Shown: piece by piece, positions 32,058 through 43,984 of the stretch
Position numbering within the stretch: position 1 is the first letter of the stretch
Layout: every line of letters starts with the position of its first letter
NCBI GenBank assembly: GCA_041750255.1
Contig: JBGSZT010000054.1
Coordinates: 122 to 64,121 of the forward strand
Direction: 5' to 3'
Length of the DNA stretch: 64,000 nt
From: Synechocystis sp.
GTDB lineage: Bacteria; Cyanobacteriota; Cyanobacteriia; Cyanobacteriales; Microcystaceae
The notes under the pieces: model-generated
Seen by the model: only the letters and a program-made list of their open reading frames with translations
What the model was told of the DNA's origin: nothing
Database searches by the model: none
Translations under genes and position numbers: made by a program

Positions 32058-33353
32058 ATGAATAGCACCATAATCGAGACCAAACTGCCACCGTCTACGC
32101 ATCCCTATTCAGATATTATTCATCGCCTGGAAGCAGGCGGTTCAATGTTGCCTGATACTCCAGAAAACTTAATGCAAATTATCGGCATTTATAAGGCCTA
32201 TGCCGTCCCTATGGACTTTTATTGGCGAGATTTATTATATATTGCTGAGCGGGTTTTCCTAAACCCATTGCCTTTTTTCAAATACTTCTTACCCCAGGAC
32301 TATCTAGAGTTACCTAATCACTATGCTGGTGAGACAGCAGACCTAAGAATTTGGCGGGGAGAAGCCACTGCCCATCCCGAATTGTTGGAGTTTATGGATA
32401 AGGGTAAAACCCATAAAATGCCCAAATTATTCCACCATCTTTGGCATGACCGCATCAATATGGAATTTGCAGAAGCCTGCATGCAAGCCATGTTATGGCA
32501 TGGTCGAGATATGGGGATGGGGAAGTTTGATGCTTATTTGGATAGTGAGGAATATAAGGCCAATGCAGATAGGGCAATTAGAGCTTATTTTAAGAATAAC
32601 TTACCCATGTTAGCTCTTTATAACCTTTTTCCAGAAATTTTTTTAGAGCAAGTTCGTCAACTGTCTTATTACGCGAACTTAGGATTATTTTGGGAAGTAA
32701 TGGCCCCCGTCTTTTTTGAAATGTCTGACATTTATGATCAAGGCGGATTTAAGGGAGTTCCCGATGCCATGAATTTTTTAGTCAATGGTATTTTTGCGAT
32801 CGCCGGTCGTCCCATTTATCACCATGTTTATATTGGTGGTCAGTGTTTTGAAATCATTCCCAAATCAAAGGGTTTTACTTGGCTCTATGAAGCGGCCTTA
32901 CCCTACGTGGAAGCTGTTTTTTATCGCACCGCTCCCTTTCGGGGCACAAAATCCTACAACGCTCAAGCTCATCAGGTTCCAGTGGAGCAAAAAGAGTTTC
33001 ACTATGGTATCCTCTACGCCGATGTTTTCCCCGTCGGGACAGCCGGGATTCCTCCTACGCTATTGATGGACGATATGTATCATTTTCTGCCTCAATATTT
33101 GCTCGATTACTATCACCAGCATTGTCGAGGCGAGGATGATATGTTAGTGCAATTGGGCATTACCTTTCAACGCTCTATGTATAACGTTACTTCAGCTGTT
33201 ATCCAAGCCCTACGCACGGCGTTGTTGTATCCCTTGGATGATCCCAATCCTCGTCATTTACAAAAAAATCGTCAATTCTTTGAAGCTCAAATGGATCGGT
33301 TTTTGCGCCCGGAAGCCCGCCTAAAGGATATTCAAAATCCTGACTATCGCTAA
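32058..33353 (+). CDS. cupA: CO2 hydration protein CupA (ChpY)
   Basis: LEAGGSMLPDTPENLMQIIGIYKAYA, PFRGTKSYNAQA, AGIPPTLLM. Confidence 0.96.
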   Translation: MNSTIIETKLPPSTHPYSDIIHRLEAGGSMLPDTPENLMQIIGIYKAYAVPMDFYWRDLLYIAERVFLNPLPFFKYFLPQDYLELPNHYAGETADLRIWRGEATAHPELLEFMDKGKTHKMPKLFHHLWHDRINMEFAEACMQAMLWHGRDMGMGKFDAYLDSEEYKANADRAIRAYFKNNLPMLALYNLFPEIFLEQVRQLSYYANLGLFWEVMAPVFFEMSDIYDQGGFKGVPDAMNFLVNGIFAIAGRPIYHHVYIGGQCFEIIPKSKGFTWLYEAALPYVEAVFYRTAPFRGTKSYNAQAHQVPVEQKEFHYGILYADVFPVGTAGIPPTLLMDDMYHFLPQYLLDYYHQHCRGEDDMLVQLGITFQRSMYNVTSAVIQALRTALLYPLDDPNPRHLQKNRQFFEAQMDRFLRPEARLKDIQNPDYR

Positions 33354-33413
33354 ATAGGCTTCAATCTTCTCGTTTAAAAAACTCTAGTTTGTCCATTGAT
33401 TCCATCTAAAATC

Positions 33414-33815
33414 ATGCCTGATATTGTTGATATTGCCGTTAGTAATGAAGGATTTTCTACCCTAGTTGCCGCCGTACAAGCCGCGAGTTTAGTAGAAACC
33501 TTAAAAAGTCCTGGCCCGTTTACGGTTTTTGCTCCCAATGATGCCGCCTTTGCCAAATTGCCCCCAGGAACGATCACGACGCTATTACAAAATATTCCCC
33601 AATTAGCTCGTATTTTGTGCTATCACGTTGTTCCCGGAAAACTAACCAGGGAAGACCTAGAACGTTTAGGTCAAGTAACATCGGTGGAAGGGTCTGTTAT
33701 TACCTTGGATTTTAGCGAAGCATTTGAAGTTAAAAATGCCACTGTCCTTGCCGCTGACATCGAAGCTGACAATGGCATTATCCACGTCATCGATAATGTG
33801 ATTTTGATGGGCTGA
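33414..33815 (+). CDS. cupS: Fasciclin-domain protein CupS
   Basis: [28 protein letters not shown]; directly after cupA; start at ATG 33414. Confidence 0.92.
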   Translation: MPDIVDIAVSNEGFSTLVAAVQAASLVETLKSPGPFTVFAPNDAAFAKLPPGTITTLLQNIPQLARILCYHVVPGKLTREDLERLGQVTSVEGSVITLDFSEAFEVKNATVLAADIEADNGIIHVIDNVILMG

Positions 33816-33925
33816 TATTTTTTGCATCGGGCCTTTGAAAGAACAGCCATTCATGTCTATTTATTAAACTCACCTTGACAAAGACGTGGTATTAGTAGTG
33901 AATTCTCGCAAGAAAACTGTACCCT

Positions 33926-35083
33926 ATGTTTAATAAAACAAGCTCTACTTCAAATACTGAAGAACCAGACTTATTCGATTACCACTATAATTTCCCAGGA
34001 AGTGCGCCGGGAACCCTAGAGATCGCCCCGGATGCTTATCCCACGGAAATTTCAGTCATCGACTATTCTACGAATTCTGTAACCACAACTGAGTGTGTAT
34101 CGCCACGGGAATGTCTAGCCTTTAGTCAAGGAGAAGATTCTGTTACCTGGATCGATGTTCAAGGGTTAGGAAATGAGGCTCTCCTGCGGGAATTAGGCGA
34201 TTGTTTTCATCTGCCTTTACTATTGCTTGAAGATGTGGTTAATGTACCCCAACGTCCTAAAATTGAGTACCATGAAGGCTTTTTATTGATTATTACTCAG
34301 ATGGTAATGGTTAAACCGAAGCAAGGATTTTGGATTGAACAAATTAGTTTTATTTTAGGCAAAAATTATCTAATTACCATTCAAGAAGAACCCCTCCGCG
34401 ACCCCTTTGATCCGGTACGTCAGCGTTTAAACCAAAATATCGGCGCTCTTCGTCAGCTTAATGCTGACTACCTCTGTTATGATCTCATTGACGCGATTAT
34501 TGATAACTTCTTTCCGGTTTTGGAAGTCTATGGCGATCGCCTAGAAAAAATAGAGAATGAAGCCATCTCAAATCCCGATGAAACGACATTAAATAGAATC
34601 TATGATATCCGGCGAGAATTGTTGGCATTGCGACGGACAATTTGGCCACAGCGGGAAATTTTTAATATTTTAATTCGAGATAGTGCTCAAATAATTAATC
34701 CTAAGGTGATTAATTATTTTCGGGATTGTTATGACCACACTATTCAAATTATTGATGTGATTGAAACCTATCGGGAATTAGCTTCTGGCTTGATGGATGT
34801 TTATCTTTCGGCAGTTAGCAATAAGATGAACGAAATCATGAGAGTCTTGACGATTATTTCCACTCTTTTTATTCCCTTAACTTTCATTGCTGGCATTTAT
34901 GGTATGAACTTCAATACAGAAAAATCGCCCGTTAATATGCCTGAACTTAATTGGTATTGGGGCTATGTCATCTGTCTGGGTCTTATGGTTCTCATTACGG
35001 TTGTTCAATTAACCATTTTTTGGCGTCGGGGTTGGTTTAAGCGTCAAGCCTTTGGCGTGAGACGACAACAACCGCCCCGTTAG
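33926..35083 (+). CDS. corA: Magnesium/cobalt transporter CorA
   Basis: WIDVQGL, QRPKIE, SNKMNEIM, signature GIYGMNF, MPELNW. Confidence 0.96.
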   Translation: MFNKTSSTSNTEEPDLFDYHYNFPGSAPGTLEIAPDAYPTEISVIDYSTNSVTTTECVSPRECLAFSQGEDSVTWIDVQGLGNEALLRELGDCFHLPLLLLEDVVNVPQRPKIEYHEGFLLIITQMVMVKPKQGFWIEQISFILGKNYLITIQEEPLRDPFDPVRQRLNQNIGALRQLNADYLCYDLIDAIIDNFFPVLEVYGDRLEKIENEAISNPDETTLNRIYDIRRELLALRRTIWPQREIFNILIRDSAQIINPKVINYFRDCYDHTIQIIDVIETYRELASGLMDVYLSAVSNKMNEIMRVLTIISTLFIPLTFIAGIYGMNFNTEKSPVNMPELNWYWGYVICLGLMVLITVVQLTIFWRRGWFKRQAFGVRRQQPPR

Positions 35084-36177
35084 GCTTGGGCAAGGGTTTC
35101 CCAAATTTTGAGATAGGCTTGCTCAGATTGAGCAGAAAGCGGCTGAATAAATTCACAGCGGTCTAGGAGAGCACCGGGAAGATTAATCAGGGAATTTTTA
35201 GCCACCGCTGGCATGATCGCCGTTGAATCCATCGTTTCTAAACGAGGCGAGGCCCCGTGACTAAACAGAGATATTTGATTTGCACTCTCAGCTTGCCACA
35301 TAAAATTAAGCCAATCGCTGAGAGATGAAGTAGAAGTCAGCTTAGTAGGAGAAACCCATAGATCTGCCCAGAGAGCCGTGCCATTGCGGGGAATTACCGC
35401 CGCTAGTCGAGGTTCACTTTTTAGTAAGGGCAAAATTTCATTGGACCAACCCACTGCTAGCCAGGTGTCTTTTAATAAGAGGGATTGTAGGTAATGGCGA
35501 GAGCTAAAAAACTTGACCTGAGAGCGTAATTGCTCTAGAGCGGGCATTAGCTCCGCCAGACGTTGGGGCTCGGCTTCATTGTAGGAATAGCCCAGTTTTT
35601 TGAGGGTCAGACCAATTACTTCCCTCGGCTGATCGACCATAGCCACACGATTTTGCAATTCCTGGCGCCAGAGGTCGTCCCAGGTTTGGGGAGTCCAACC
35701 CAAATCCTCAAATTTATCTCGCCAATAGACGATCATCGTGGTGCCCCAGCGGTAGGGAGCGCCCCAAATTTCCCCCTGGGGTGCGGTCAACCCTTGGCGA
35801 TCGCGCCGGACAAGGCTCTGCCAACGGGGAGCGAGGTTGGGCCAATGGCTCCAATCCTTAGGATCAAGGGGTTGGATCAGGTTTTCGGCGATCGCCGTTT
35901 TTAGACTAGTATTACCGATGGTTATTAATTGTTGAGAGCTACTTTTCGTCTTGAGCTGTTGCCAGAGGTCTTTTAATTGTGCTGACGACTCAAAGGCGAT
36001 CGCCGGCTGTTGGGGAAATTCCTGACGAAAGCGATTAATTAGTTGTAGGGGAATCGAATTTTTGAGAAATTTAACCTCTAGTGACGATGAGGCGCACCCG
36101 AATAACCCCTGACTCAGCCCAAAAGCGGCGGCTCCCCGCAAAAATTGACGACGATGGAGGGGCAACGAAAAACCCAT
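35080..36177 (-). CDS. Polyamine ABC transporter substrate-binding lipoprotein (PotD/PotF-like)
   Basis: Twin-arginine lipoprotein signal RRQFLRGAAAFGLSQGLFGC, PYRWGT, SWDDLW-like TWDDLW, AVGWS, LWADLW. Confidence 0.85.
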   Translation of the reverse strand: MGFSLPLHRRQFLRGAAAFGLSQGLFGCASSSLEVKFLKNSIPLQLINRFRQEFPQQPAIAFESSAQLKDLWQQLKTKSSSQQLITIGNTSLKTAIAENLIQPLDPKDWSHWPNLAPRWQSLVRRDRQGLTAPQGEIWGAPYRWGTTMIVYWRDKFEDLGWTPQTWDDLWRQELQNRVAMVDQPREVIGLTLKKLGYSYNEAEPQRLAELMPALEQLRSQVKFFSSRHYLQSLLLKDTWLAVGWSNEILPLLKSEPRLAAVIPRNGTALWADLWVSPTKLTSTSSLSDWLNFMWQAESANQISLFSHGASPRLETMDSTAIMPAVAKNSLINLPGALLDRCEFIQPLSAQSEQAYLKIWETLAQA

Positions 36178-36179
36178 AG

Positions 36180-38243
<2,064 letters not shown>

Positions 38244-38318
38244 CTGATATCTTTGGTTTTTCAGCCTAAGTAATAGTTCGCCAACAGATCGCGTTAATTT
38301 ACACATCTCCAGAAAAAT

Positions 38319-38786
38319 ATGAAAAAACGTTTATTTTGGCTTGGCTTACTCACTATTGTACTGACCCCGCTCAGTCCAGTCATGATTCACCCCGTATCAG
38401 CCCAGGCAAATCCGGCTGATCAGGTTCCTTCCGTTCGGCCAACTCCCAAGGAAAGCGGCCTAGATGATGTAAGCAATGACCCGTCACAGCTTATTACCTG
38501 GATCTGCAAAAATCAAGACAAGGCGATCGCCTTAGAAGCGAAAGAAATTACTACCTGGAATGCTGTTATTAATAGCGATGGAACTTGGCAGTGTGATCAA
38601 AATATTCCCACTATCCCGGATGGAAGTTTATCCTTTTCCTGTGAATCGAATGATAGCTTAAATCTGTTGAGTGTTTATTGGCTCCAGGGCAACGGCGACA
38701 AAGCACAGATGAAAAGTTGGATGAATGATTTGGCCAATGCTCGCAGTATGGTCTGTACAACCCGTAAAAGCAATCAATATTGGTAA
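38319..38786 (+). CDS. Hypothetical secreted protein (signal peptide, 4 Cys)
   Basis: MKKR plus hydrophobic core and VSA-QA cleavage-like site; no family recognised. Confidence 0.7.
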   Translation: MKKRLFWLGLLTIVLTPLSPVMIHPVSAQANPADQVPSVRPTPKESGLDDVSNDPSQLITWICKNQDKAIALEAKEITTWNAVINSDGTWQCDQNIPTIPDGSLSFSCESNDSLNLLSVYWLQGNGDKAQMKSWMNDLANARSMVCTTRKSNQYW

Positions 38787-38809
38787 TAATAGCTCCGGGC
38801 TTTCCAGGG

Positions 38810-38935
38810 CATCGGGGGCTCTACCGGCTAAGAGTACGTCATGGGGGTCGTATCAATGACAAACTCTTAACCGAGCAATTCCCTAACGTGGAAGCGTTGA
38901 GCCACGCCACTGAACCCCCATTAGCCGCAATCTAA
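38810..38935 (+). pseudogene. Diverged relic of ligA (HhH region)
   Basis: Aligns without gaps to ligA 37746-37871; 103/126 identical by manual count; ends in TAA where ligA has TAT. Confidence 0.88.
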
Positions 38936-38949
38936 CGCAGTACGCAAGT

Positions 38950-39465
38950 CTAATTTAAGGAGGCCAATCCAGTTAGATTAAACTTGGTCAGCCATTGCTC
39001 TCGGTCTTTGGCGGTGAAGCTGGGATCGCGGGACAAGACCTTGACTTGATAGCGATCTGCCACCAGCAGGGCCGTTGCCGTTGCCCCTTGCTGAAGGGCA
39101 GGGTAGCCGGCAACCTTCAAAGTACTACTTTGAAATTTTTGGGCCGCGCTAGGGTTATTTAAAATGTCCGAAATCGCCATAACAGCCATTTCTTTGCCTT
39201 CTTTTTTCAGTTTGACCTCAGCAAAGCCTTTTTTCTCCTGGGTAAATACTCGTTGATAGTCGCCCCCCGCCTGGGGAAAAAAAGCATTAAAGGCACTCCC
39301 TTGGCTCGACTCTTTGACAACGGCCGAGGCTCCCCGCTGAGTGCTTTCCTGCTGAGCTTGATCGAAGCGAGAGGGGGGTTGGGGGCTACAGGCTGAGAGG
39401 CTAACCCAGAGTAGAAAGGGCAGTAGAACCACTGCCAGGATTTTTTTGGAATGTTTAAACAACAT
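38950..39465 (-). CDS. Conserved cyanobacterial hypothetical lipoprotein
   Basis: Lipobox LSAC, then SRFDQAQQES, FNAFFP, FTQEKKGFAE. Confidence 0.8.
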   Translation of the reverse strand: MLFKHSKKILAVVLLPFLLWVSLSACSPQPPSRFDQAQQESTQRGASAVVKESSQGSAFNAFFPQAGGDYQRVFTQEKKGFAEVKLKKEGKEMAVMAISDILNNPSAAQKFQSSTLKVAGYPALQQGATATALLVADRYQVKVLSRDPSFTAKDREQWLTKFNLTGLASLN

Positions 39466-39658
39466 ACAAAGATCTCCATAAACATCAAAACTAGGTTAAC
39501 TCTAGCGCGTCTAAATCTAAAAGTACGGCTCCGTATTTATTCGTAGCGAGCCAGGCCCAGGGGGGGAAATTTCCGTGAATTGTCGATAGTATAGCTAGAA
39601 TTAGAACGCAAGAATAATAGGGCATCTGCGTTTGTATTCCTTGCAATTTTATTAGATT

Positions 39659-40426
39659 ATGGCGACTTCCTACTCCCCTGCCCGTTGCCAAGAGCTTTTC
39701 TGCCGCTATAGTCGAGAGCCGTCCCTCGCCCTACGCAATAAGCTCGTGCAAATGAATATGGGATTAGTGCGGAAGGTGGCACACCAACTTAAGGGCCAAA
39801 ACCTAGAACCCTATGAGGATTTGGAGCAGGTAGGATATTTGGGACTTATTTTGGCGATCGAGCGATTTTCTCCTTCCCAGGGCACTGCCTTTAGCTCTTT
39901 CGCCGTTCCCTATATCCGGGGTGAAATTTTGCATTATTTGCGGGATAAATCCACTGTTTTGCGGATTCCCCGCCGTTTTCAAGAACGCTATAGCAAAGGC
40001 AAAACTCTGCAAAAAAAATTGACTTTGACTCTAGGCAGAGCGGCTAACGAGGAGGAAGTGGCCCAGGCTTTGGGAATTTCCTTGGCGGAATGGCAAGACT
40101 GTTTGTCTATTGGTCAGCATCGATTTTTGGTTAGTTTGGATGCGCCCCTGGGGATACGTCAGGATTGTTCGAGTACTTTGGTGGATATATTGCCCGATGT
40201 CCGGGGCCAGGCTAAGCAATCCCAAGAAGAGGAGCGTTCCCACCTCCAGGTTGCCCTACGTCAGCTCGGAGAACGAACTCAAGCCGCTATTGAATATGTG
40301 TTTCTGCGAGAATTGCCGCGCAAAGAGGCGGCCAGGGAGCTAGGGATTAACCCCATGACGGTGACTCGTCATCTCCACAAAGGGTTGGTTGAGCTAGAAA
40401 CTCTACTCCGACTGCAATTTGCCTAG
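39659..40426 (+). CDS. Group 3 sigma factor, SigF/SigB family (SigJ-like)
   Basis: GLVRKVAH, PYEDLEQVGYLGLI, AFSSFAVPYIRGE, region 4 ELPRKEAARELGINPMTVTRHL. Confidence 0.9.
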   Translation: MATSYSPARCQELFCRYSREPSLALRNKLVQMNMGLVRKVAHQLKGQNLEPYEDLEQVGYLGLILAIERFSPSQGTAFSSFAVPYIRGEILHYLRDKSTVLRIPRRFQERYSKGKTLQKKLTLTLGRAANEEEVAQALGISLAEWQDCLSIGQHRFLVSLDAPLGIRQDCSSTLVDILPDVRGQAKQSQEEERSHLQVALRQLGERTQAAIEYVFLRELPRKEAARELGINPMTVTRHLHKGLVELETLLRLQFA

Positions 40427-41176
40427 GCTCTGGGCCAGGGTTTCTGCTTTTTTGCTAAGGTCGTTTTTGCTCTGGTCCTTAAAAAGTTTGGCCGCCGCGT
40501 TCAGATCGGCGATCGCCGCTTGGGGTTGTTGCAGTTTGGCCTGGGTCAGCCCACGGTTAAAGAACGCCTCGGCGGATTTGGGGTTTAGTTCTAAACTTTT
40601 GTTGTAGTCGGCGAGGGCTTTGCTATGGTCTTGCAGGCGATTCAGAGCCAGGGCGCGGTTGTAGTAGGCGTTGGCACTGTTGGGATTGAGCCGAACCGCA
40701 TCGTTAAAATCGGCTAAAGCTGTTTGGGGTTGACCGAGGTCATCCTGGGCATTGCCGCGATAGATATAAAAATCAGCGTAGTTGGGATTCAGGGCGATGG
40801 CATTGGTGCAATCCTCGATCGCCTGGTTATACTTTTTGAGCAAAAAATAGGCATAACAGCGATTGCCCAAGGCGAAGGCAAATTTGGGATTTAGACTCAG
40901 GGCTTGGCTATAATCGGCGATCGCCTGGGGATAGTTGCCGAGGATATGGTGGGCATAGCCGCGATTATAAAAAGTATCGGGGTCTTTGGCATTGAGCTTG
41001 AGGGATTGGGAAAAATCGGCGATCGCCGCTGAGTAGTTCTGGGCATTAAGCTTATCTACGCCTTGGTTGTACCATTGCACCGCCGACTTGGCGGGTGGTT
41101 TGGGTTCAGCTCCCAGGGGCATTGCTGACAGGGAGCAGAAAACAGTGAATAAAACCGGAACGATAAACTTTTTCAT
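40403..41176 (-). CDS. Secreted TPR-repeat protein
   Basis: Signal peptide followed by about six TPRs (YNRG..., AIADYSQAL.LNP). Confidence 0.92.
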   Translation of the reverse strand: MKKFIVPVLFTVFCSLSAMPLGAEPKPPAKSAVQWYNQGVDKLNAQNYSAAIADFSQSLKLNAKDPDTFYNRGYAHHILGNYPQAIADYSQALSLNPKFAFALGNRCYAYFLLKKYNQAIEDCTNAIALNPNYADFYIYRGNAQDDLGQPQTALADFNDAVRLNPNSANAYYNRALALNRLQDHSKALADYNKSLELNPKSAEAFFNRGLTQAKLQQPQAAIADLNAAAKLFKDQSKNDLSKKAETLAQSLGKLQSE

Positions 41177-41182
41177 GGGGGA

Positions 41183-42388
41183 TTACGGGTTCAAAATGAT
41201 AGTTTCCAGAGCCACCAAGAGGCGATCAATTTCGTTGATTTCGGTGAAATAATGGCAACAGGCCCGGATGCAGTCCGGATCGGTAATGGTTCGCAGATAA
41301 TAACGCTCCTGCTCTAGTTTTTGTACAATTTCGCCATGGGTCAAGGAACTATCGATGCGAAACGAAACCAATCCTGCTTGGGGCGGCTCTTTGCTCAAAC
41401 AATCAACCCCCGCCAACGTCTGAAGTCCTTGCCACAGGTAGCGACTTAGCTTACAAATTTGCTGATAGCGTGCCTCTGAGTTGCCGGCTTGACGATGGAG
41501 TAATAGGGCGGAACGCAGCCCTGGGTATTGGGGAAATGCCGAGGTTGCCACTTCAAAGCGTCGGCCATCCTCCGCCCATCCCAAGGAGTCTCCGGTGCTT
41601 CCATAGCGCAGACTCCGCCAGCCCACGTAGGTGGGACGCAAGCTATTTAGGCGATCAGGATTGATATAAAGCCCGCCCACCCCCGCTGGGCCACAAAACC
41701 ATTTATGCCCCGTAAAAGCGTAATAATCCACCGACAAAGTATGGAAATCCAAGGCTAAGGACCCCGCCGATTGCGCCCCATCCACCAGTACCTCTACGGG
41801 GTAATCGCCGACAAAATGGCGACATACCGCCATAATCTCCGCCAGGGGCAATACCTGGCCCGTATTCCAGAGTAAATGGCTCAAAATCACCAAGCGGGTC
41901 TTAGGAGTGAGGTGGGCCCGGATTACCTGCGCTGGATCGCCATGATTCAAGGTTTCGCGGATAGGACAGATAGAATGGGTGACCCCCAGGCGATCGCCGA
42001 GGGTCTGGACAATGGCAATCACGCCCGGATGTTCACAATCGGTTAACAAAATATGATCGCCTACCTGCCAATCCAAGCCCCAAAGGACAATATTGCATCC
42101 AGTGGTCACGTTATCTGTCAGTGTGATCGTGCCAGGAGAAACCTGAAATTCGTCAGCTAGGGTTTCTCTCAGTTGAGTCGTTTGCGTCTGAAAAAAGCGA
42201 TTGGCGGTGATGGAAAACGGCCCTTCTGTTTCTAGAAACTGATAGGTATCCAAAATGCTCTGGTAGGCTAGGCGCGGTAAAATTCCCTGGCCGCCATAGT
42301 TGAAGTAAACCTTGCCCAATAATCCTGGAAATTGCTCCCGTAGAGAAGAAAGAGAGTCTTGGGGCTGGGGAGGAGCGAAACTAGTCAT
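41183..42388 (-). CDS. Class V PLP enzyme, cysteine/cystine lyase (C-DES-like)
   Basis: YFNYGGQG, TDCEHP, SHLLWNTG, DGAQS, FTGHKW (PLP Lys), RFEVAT; start moved to ATG 42388. Confidence 0.88.
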   Translation of the reverse strand: MTSFAPPQPQDSLSSLREQFPGLLGKVYFNYGGQGILPRLAYQSILDTYQFLETEGPFSITANRFFQTQTTQLRETLADEFQVSPGTITLTDNVTTGCNIVLWGLDWQVGDHILLTDCEHPGVIAIVQTLGDRLGVTHSICPIRETLNHGDPAQVIRAHLTPKTRLVILSHLLWNTGQVLPLAEIMAVCRHFVGDYPVEVLVDGAQSAGSLALDFHTLSVDYYAFTGHKWFCGPAGVGGLYINPDRLNSLRPTYVGWRSLRYGSTGDSLGWAEDGRRFEVATSAFPQYPGLRSALLLHRQAGNSEARYQQICKLSRYLWQGLQTLAGVDCLSKEPPQAGLVSFRIDSSLTHGEIVQKLEQERYYLRTITDPDCIRACCHYFTEINEIDRLLVALETIILNP

Positions 42389-42436
42389 AGAGGCTAAAAA
42401 GAGTAGAGCTGCCCCAAAGTGTAGCAAAAAATGTTC

Positions 42437-43927
42437 TCAAAAACGAAAAAGATTCCCTAAGCGTTTGCGTAACCAATTCACAATATTCGAGTCTTCTTCC
42501 GATTCACTGAGTAAACCTTTATCTGCCAATTCCTGTTTACGCTGACGCAGTTCTTCTTGATGTTGGCACAGGGCGTCTATTAATGCTTCACGGAATTCTA
42601 CATTTGTTTGGAGTAACATTTCTAATTTGTCATTTTTAATCGTAAAAAATAAACAATTTTCAGTGGCTTTAACGGATGCAGTTCTGGGGATCCCCAGCAT
42701 CAAAGCTAACTCCCCAAAAAAACTACCAGTGCTTAATTTAGCCAAGACTTTATTTAACTTTTCGGTGTAGACTTCTACTGCGCCAAAAATAATGATATAG
42801 AGGCAATCACCAGGGTCATTTTCCCGAAATAAAACTTCTCCTGCGGGCAAATTTTCCAGTTGACCAATTTCTAGGAGTTGCCGAATTTCTAAATCATTTA
42901 AATTCTCAAAATAATTAATAGATTTCAGAACTTTATGGATAGAAATTATCGGTTTATTTACCCTTTTAAAGTCATTGGATTTCAGATCATCTTCAATTTG
43001 TTTTTTGTCAGGGGATAGTTCTTGAGCGGATGATGACCAGACTGAACCCAAGGATTCGGCGATCGCCTCTGGATTTTTGAGCCAGAGGTCCTGTTGAGGG
43101 AAGGCAATAACAATATTATTCAAGCGAAAATTGTATTCAACGGTAAACCGTAAATTACTTAAAATTTCTGGCCTATTACCAATATCTTTGGTTTTGATCC
43201 ACACCCACAGTTCTAGACCAAGAGCATGATCCCCAAAGCTGGTAAAAATAACCTGAGCGCGGGGATTTTTTAGCACAACTCCTTGACTGTAGGCGGATAA
43301 AAGTAACGTTTCAGTGACTAAAACAGGGTCGCTATCATAGGCCACCCCCAAAGGTAAAGTTAAGCGGACGGCTTCTGTATCATAACTATAGTTAATTACT
43401 TGATTTTCAATGATTAAACTACTGGGCATGACCACGGAAGAGCCATTTTTGAGCCGGATAACCACGGCTCGAGCCGAAATTTCTCTCACATACCCTTCAA
43501 GCTCTTGAAACTGAATAAAATCACCAATTTTAATCTTTTGTTCAATCAGTAGAGTAATACCACTAAAAAAATTACGAGTTAAATTCTGGAGTCCAAGACC
43601 AATACCAAACCCCAGAGTTCCCCCTAACAAAGCCAGGGAAGAAAGATTGACCCCTGTAGTTTGCAAAATAATAATCAGTAGAAACGCGCCAAGACCATAG
43701 CTAATAAAGTTGGCAACCACATACCGCACACCCTTTTCAGCAAAGAATTTGAGTAAAATGCGCCGCTTGAGTAATGTATTAAAATAATGAGTTAATAAAT
43801 AAATTAATAGTAGATAAAACCCTATTTGTAGGATGGAAAAAAGGGAAAGTCTAACTTGTCCTAAATTGAAGGTAATGCTATTGAGTTGATCTAATAATTG
43901 AGCCACACCTAATTTAATCTCAATCAT
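42437..43927 (-). CDS. MscS mechanosensitive channel with C-terminal cyclic-nucleotide-binding domain
   Basis: GFGIGLGLQN, KIGDFI, GVAYDSD, IAFPQQDL; CNBD with FREND.GD, FFGELAL, RTASV. Confidence 0.92.
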   Translation of the reverse strand: MIEIKLGVAQLLDQLNSITFNLGQVRLSLFSILQIGFYLLLIYLLTHYFNTLLKRRILLKFFAEKGVRYVVANFISYGLGAFLLIIILQTTGVNLSSLALLGGTLGFGIGLGLQNLTRNFFSGITLLIEQKIKIGDFIQFQELEGYVREISARAVVIRLKNGSSVVMPSSLIIENQVINYSYDTEAVRLTLPLGVAYDSDPVLVTETLLLSAYSQGVVLKNPRAQVIFTSFGDHALGLELWVWIKTKDIGNRPEILSNLRFTVEYNFRLNNIVIAFPQQDLWLKNPEAIAESLGSVWSSSAQELSPDKKQIEDDLKSNDFKRVNKPIISIHKVLKSINYFENLNDLEIRQLLEIGQLENLPAGEVLFRENDPGDCLYIIIFGAVEVYTEKLNKVLAKLSTGSFFGELALMLGIPRTASVKATENCLFFTIKNDKLEMLLQTNVEFREALIDALCQHQEELRQRKQELADKGLLSESEEDSNIVNWLRKRLGNLFRF

Positions 43928-43984
43928 TGTTTACCCGATGATAAGAAAGCAATTGAGATTGTAAAAACTTAAAATAAAACAACA

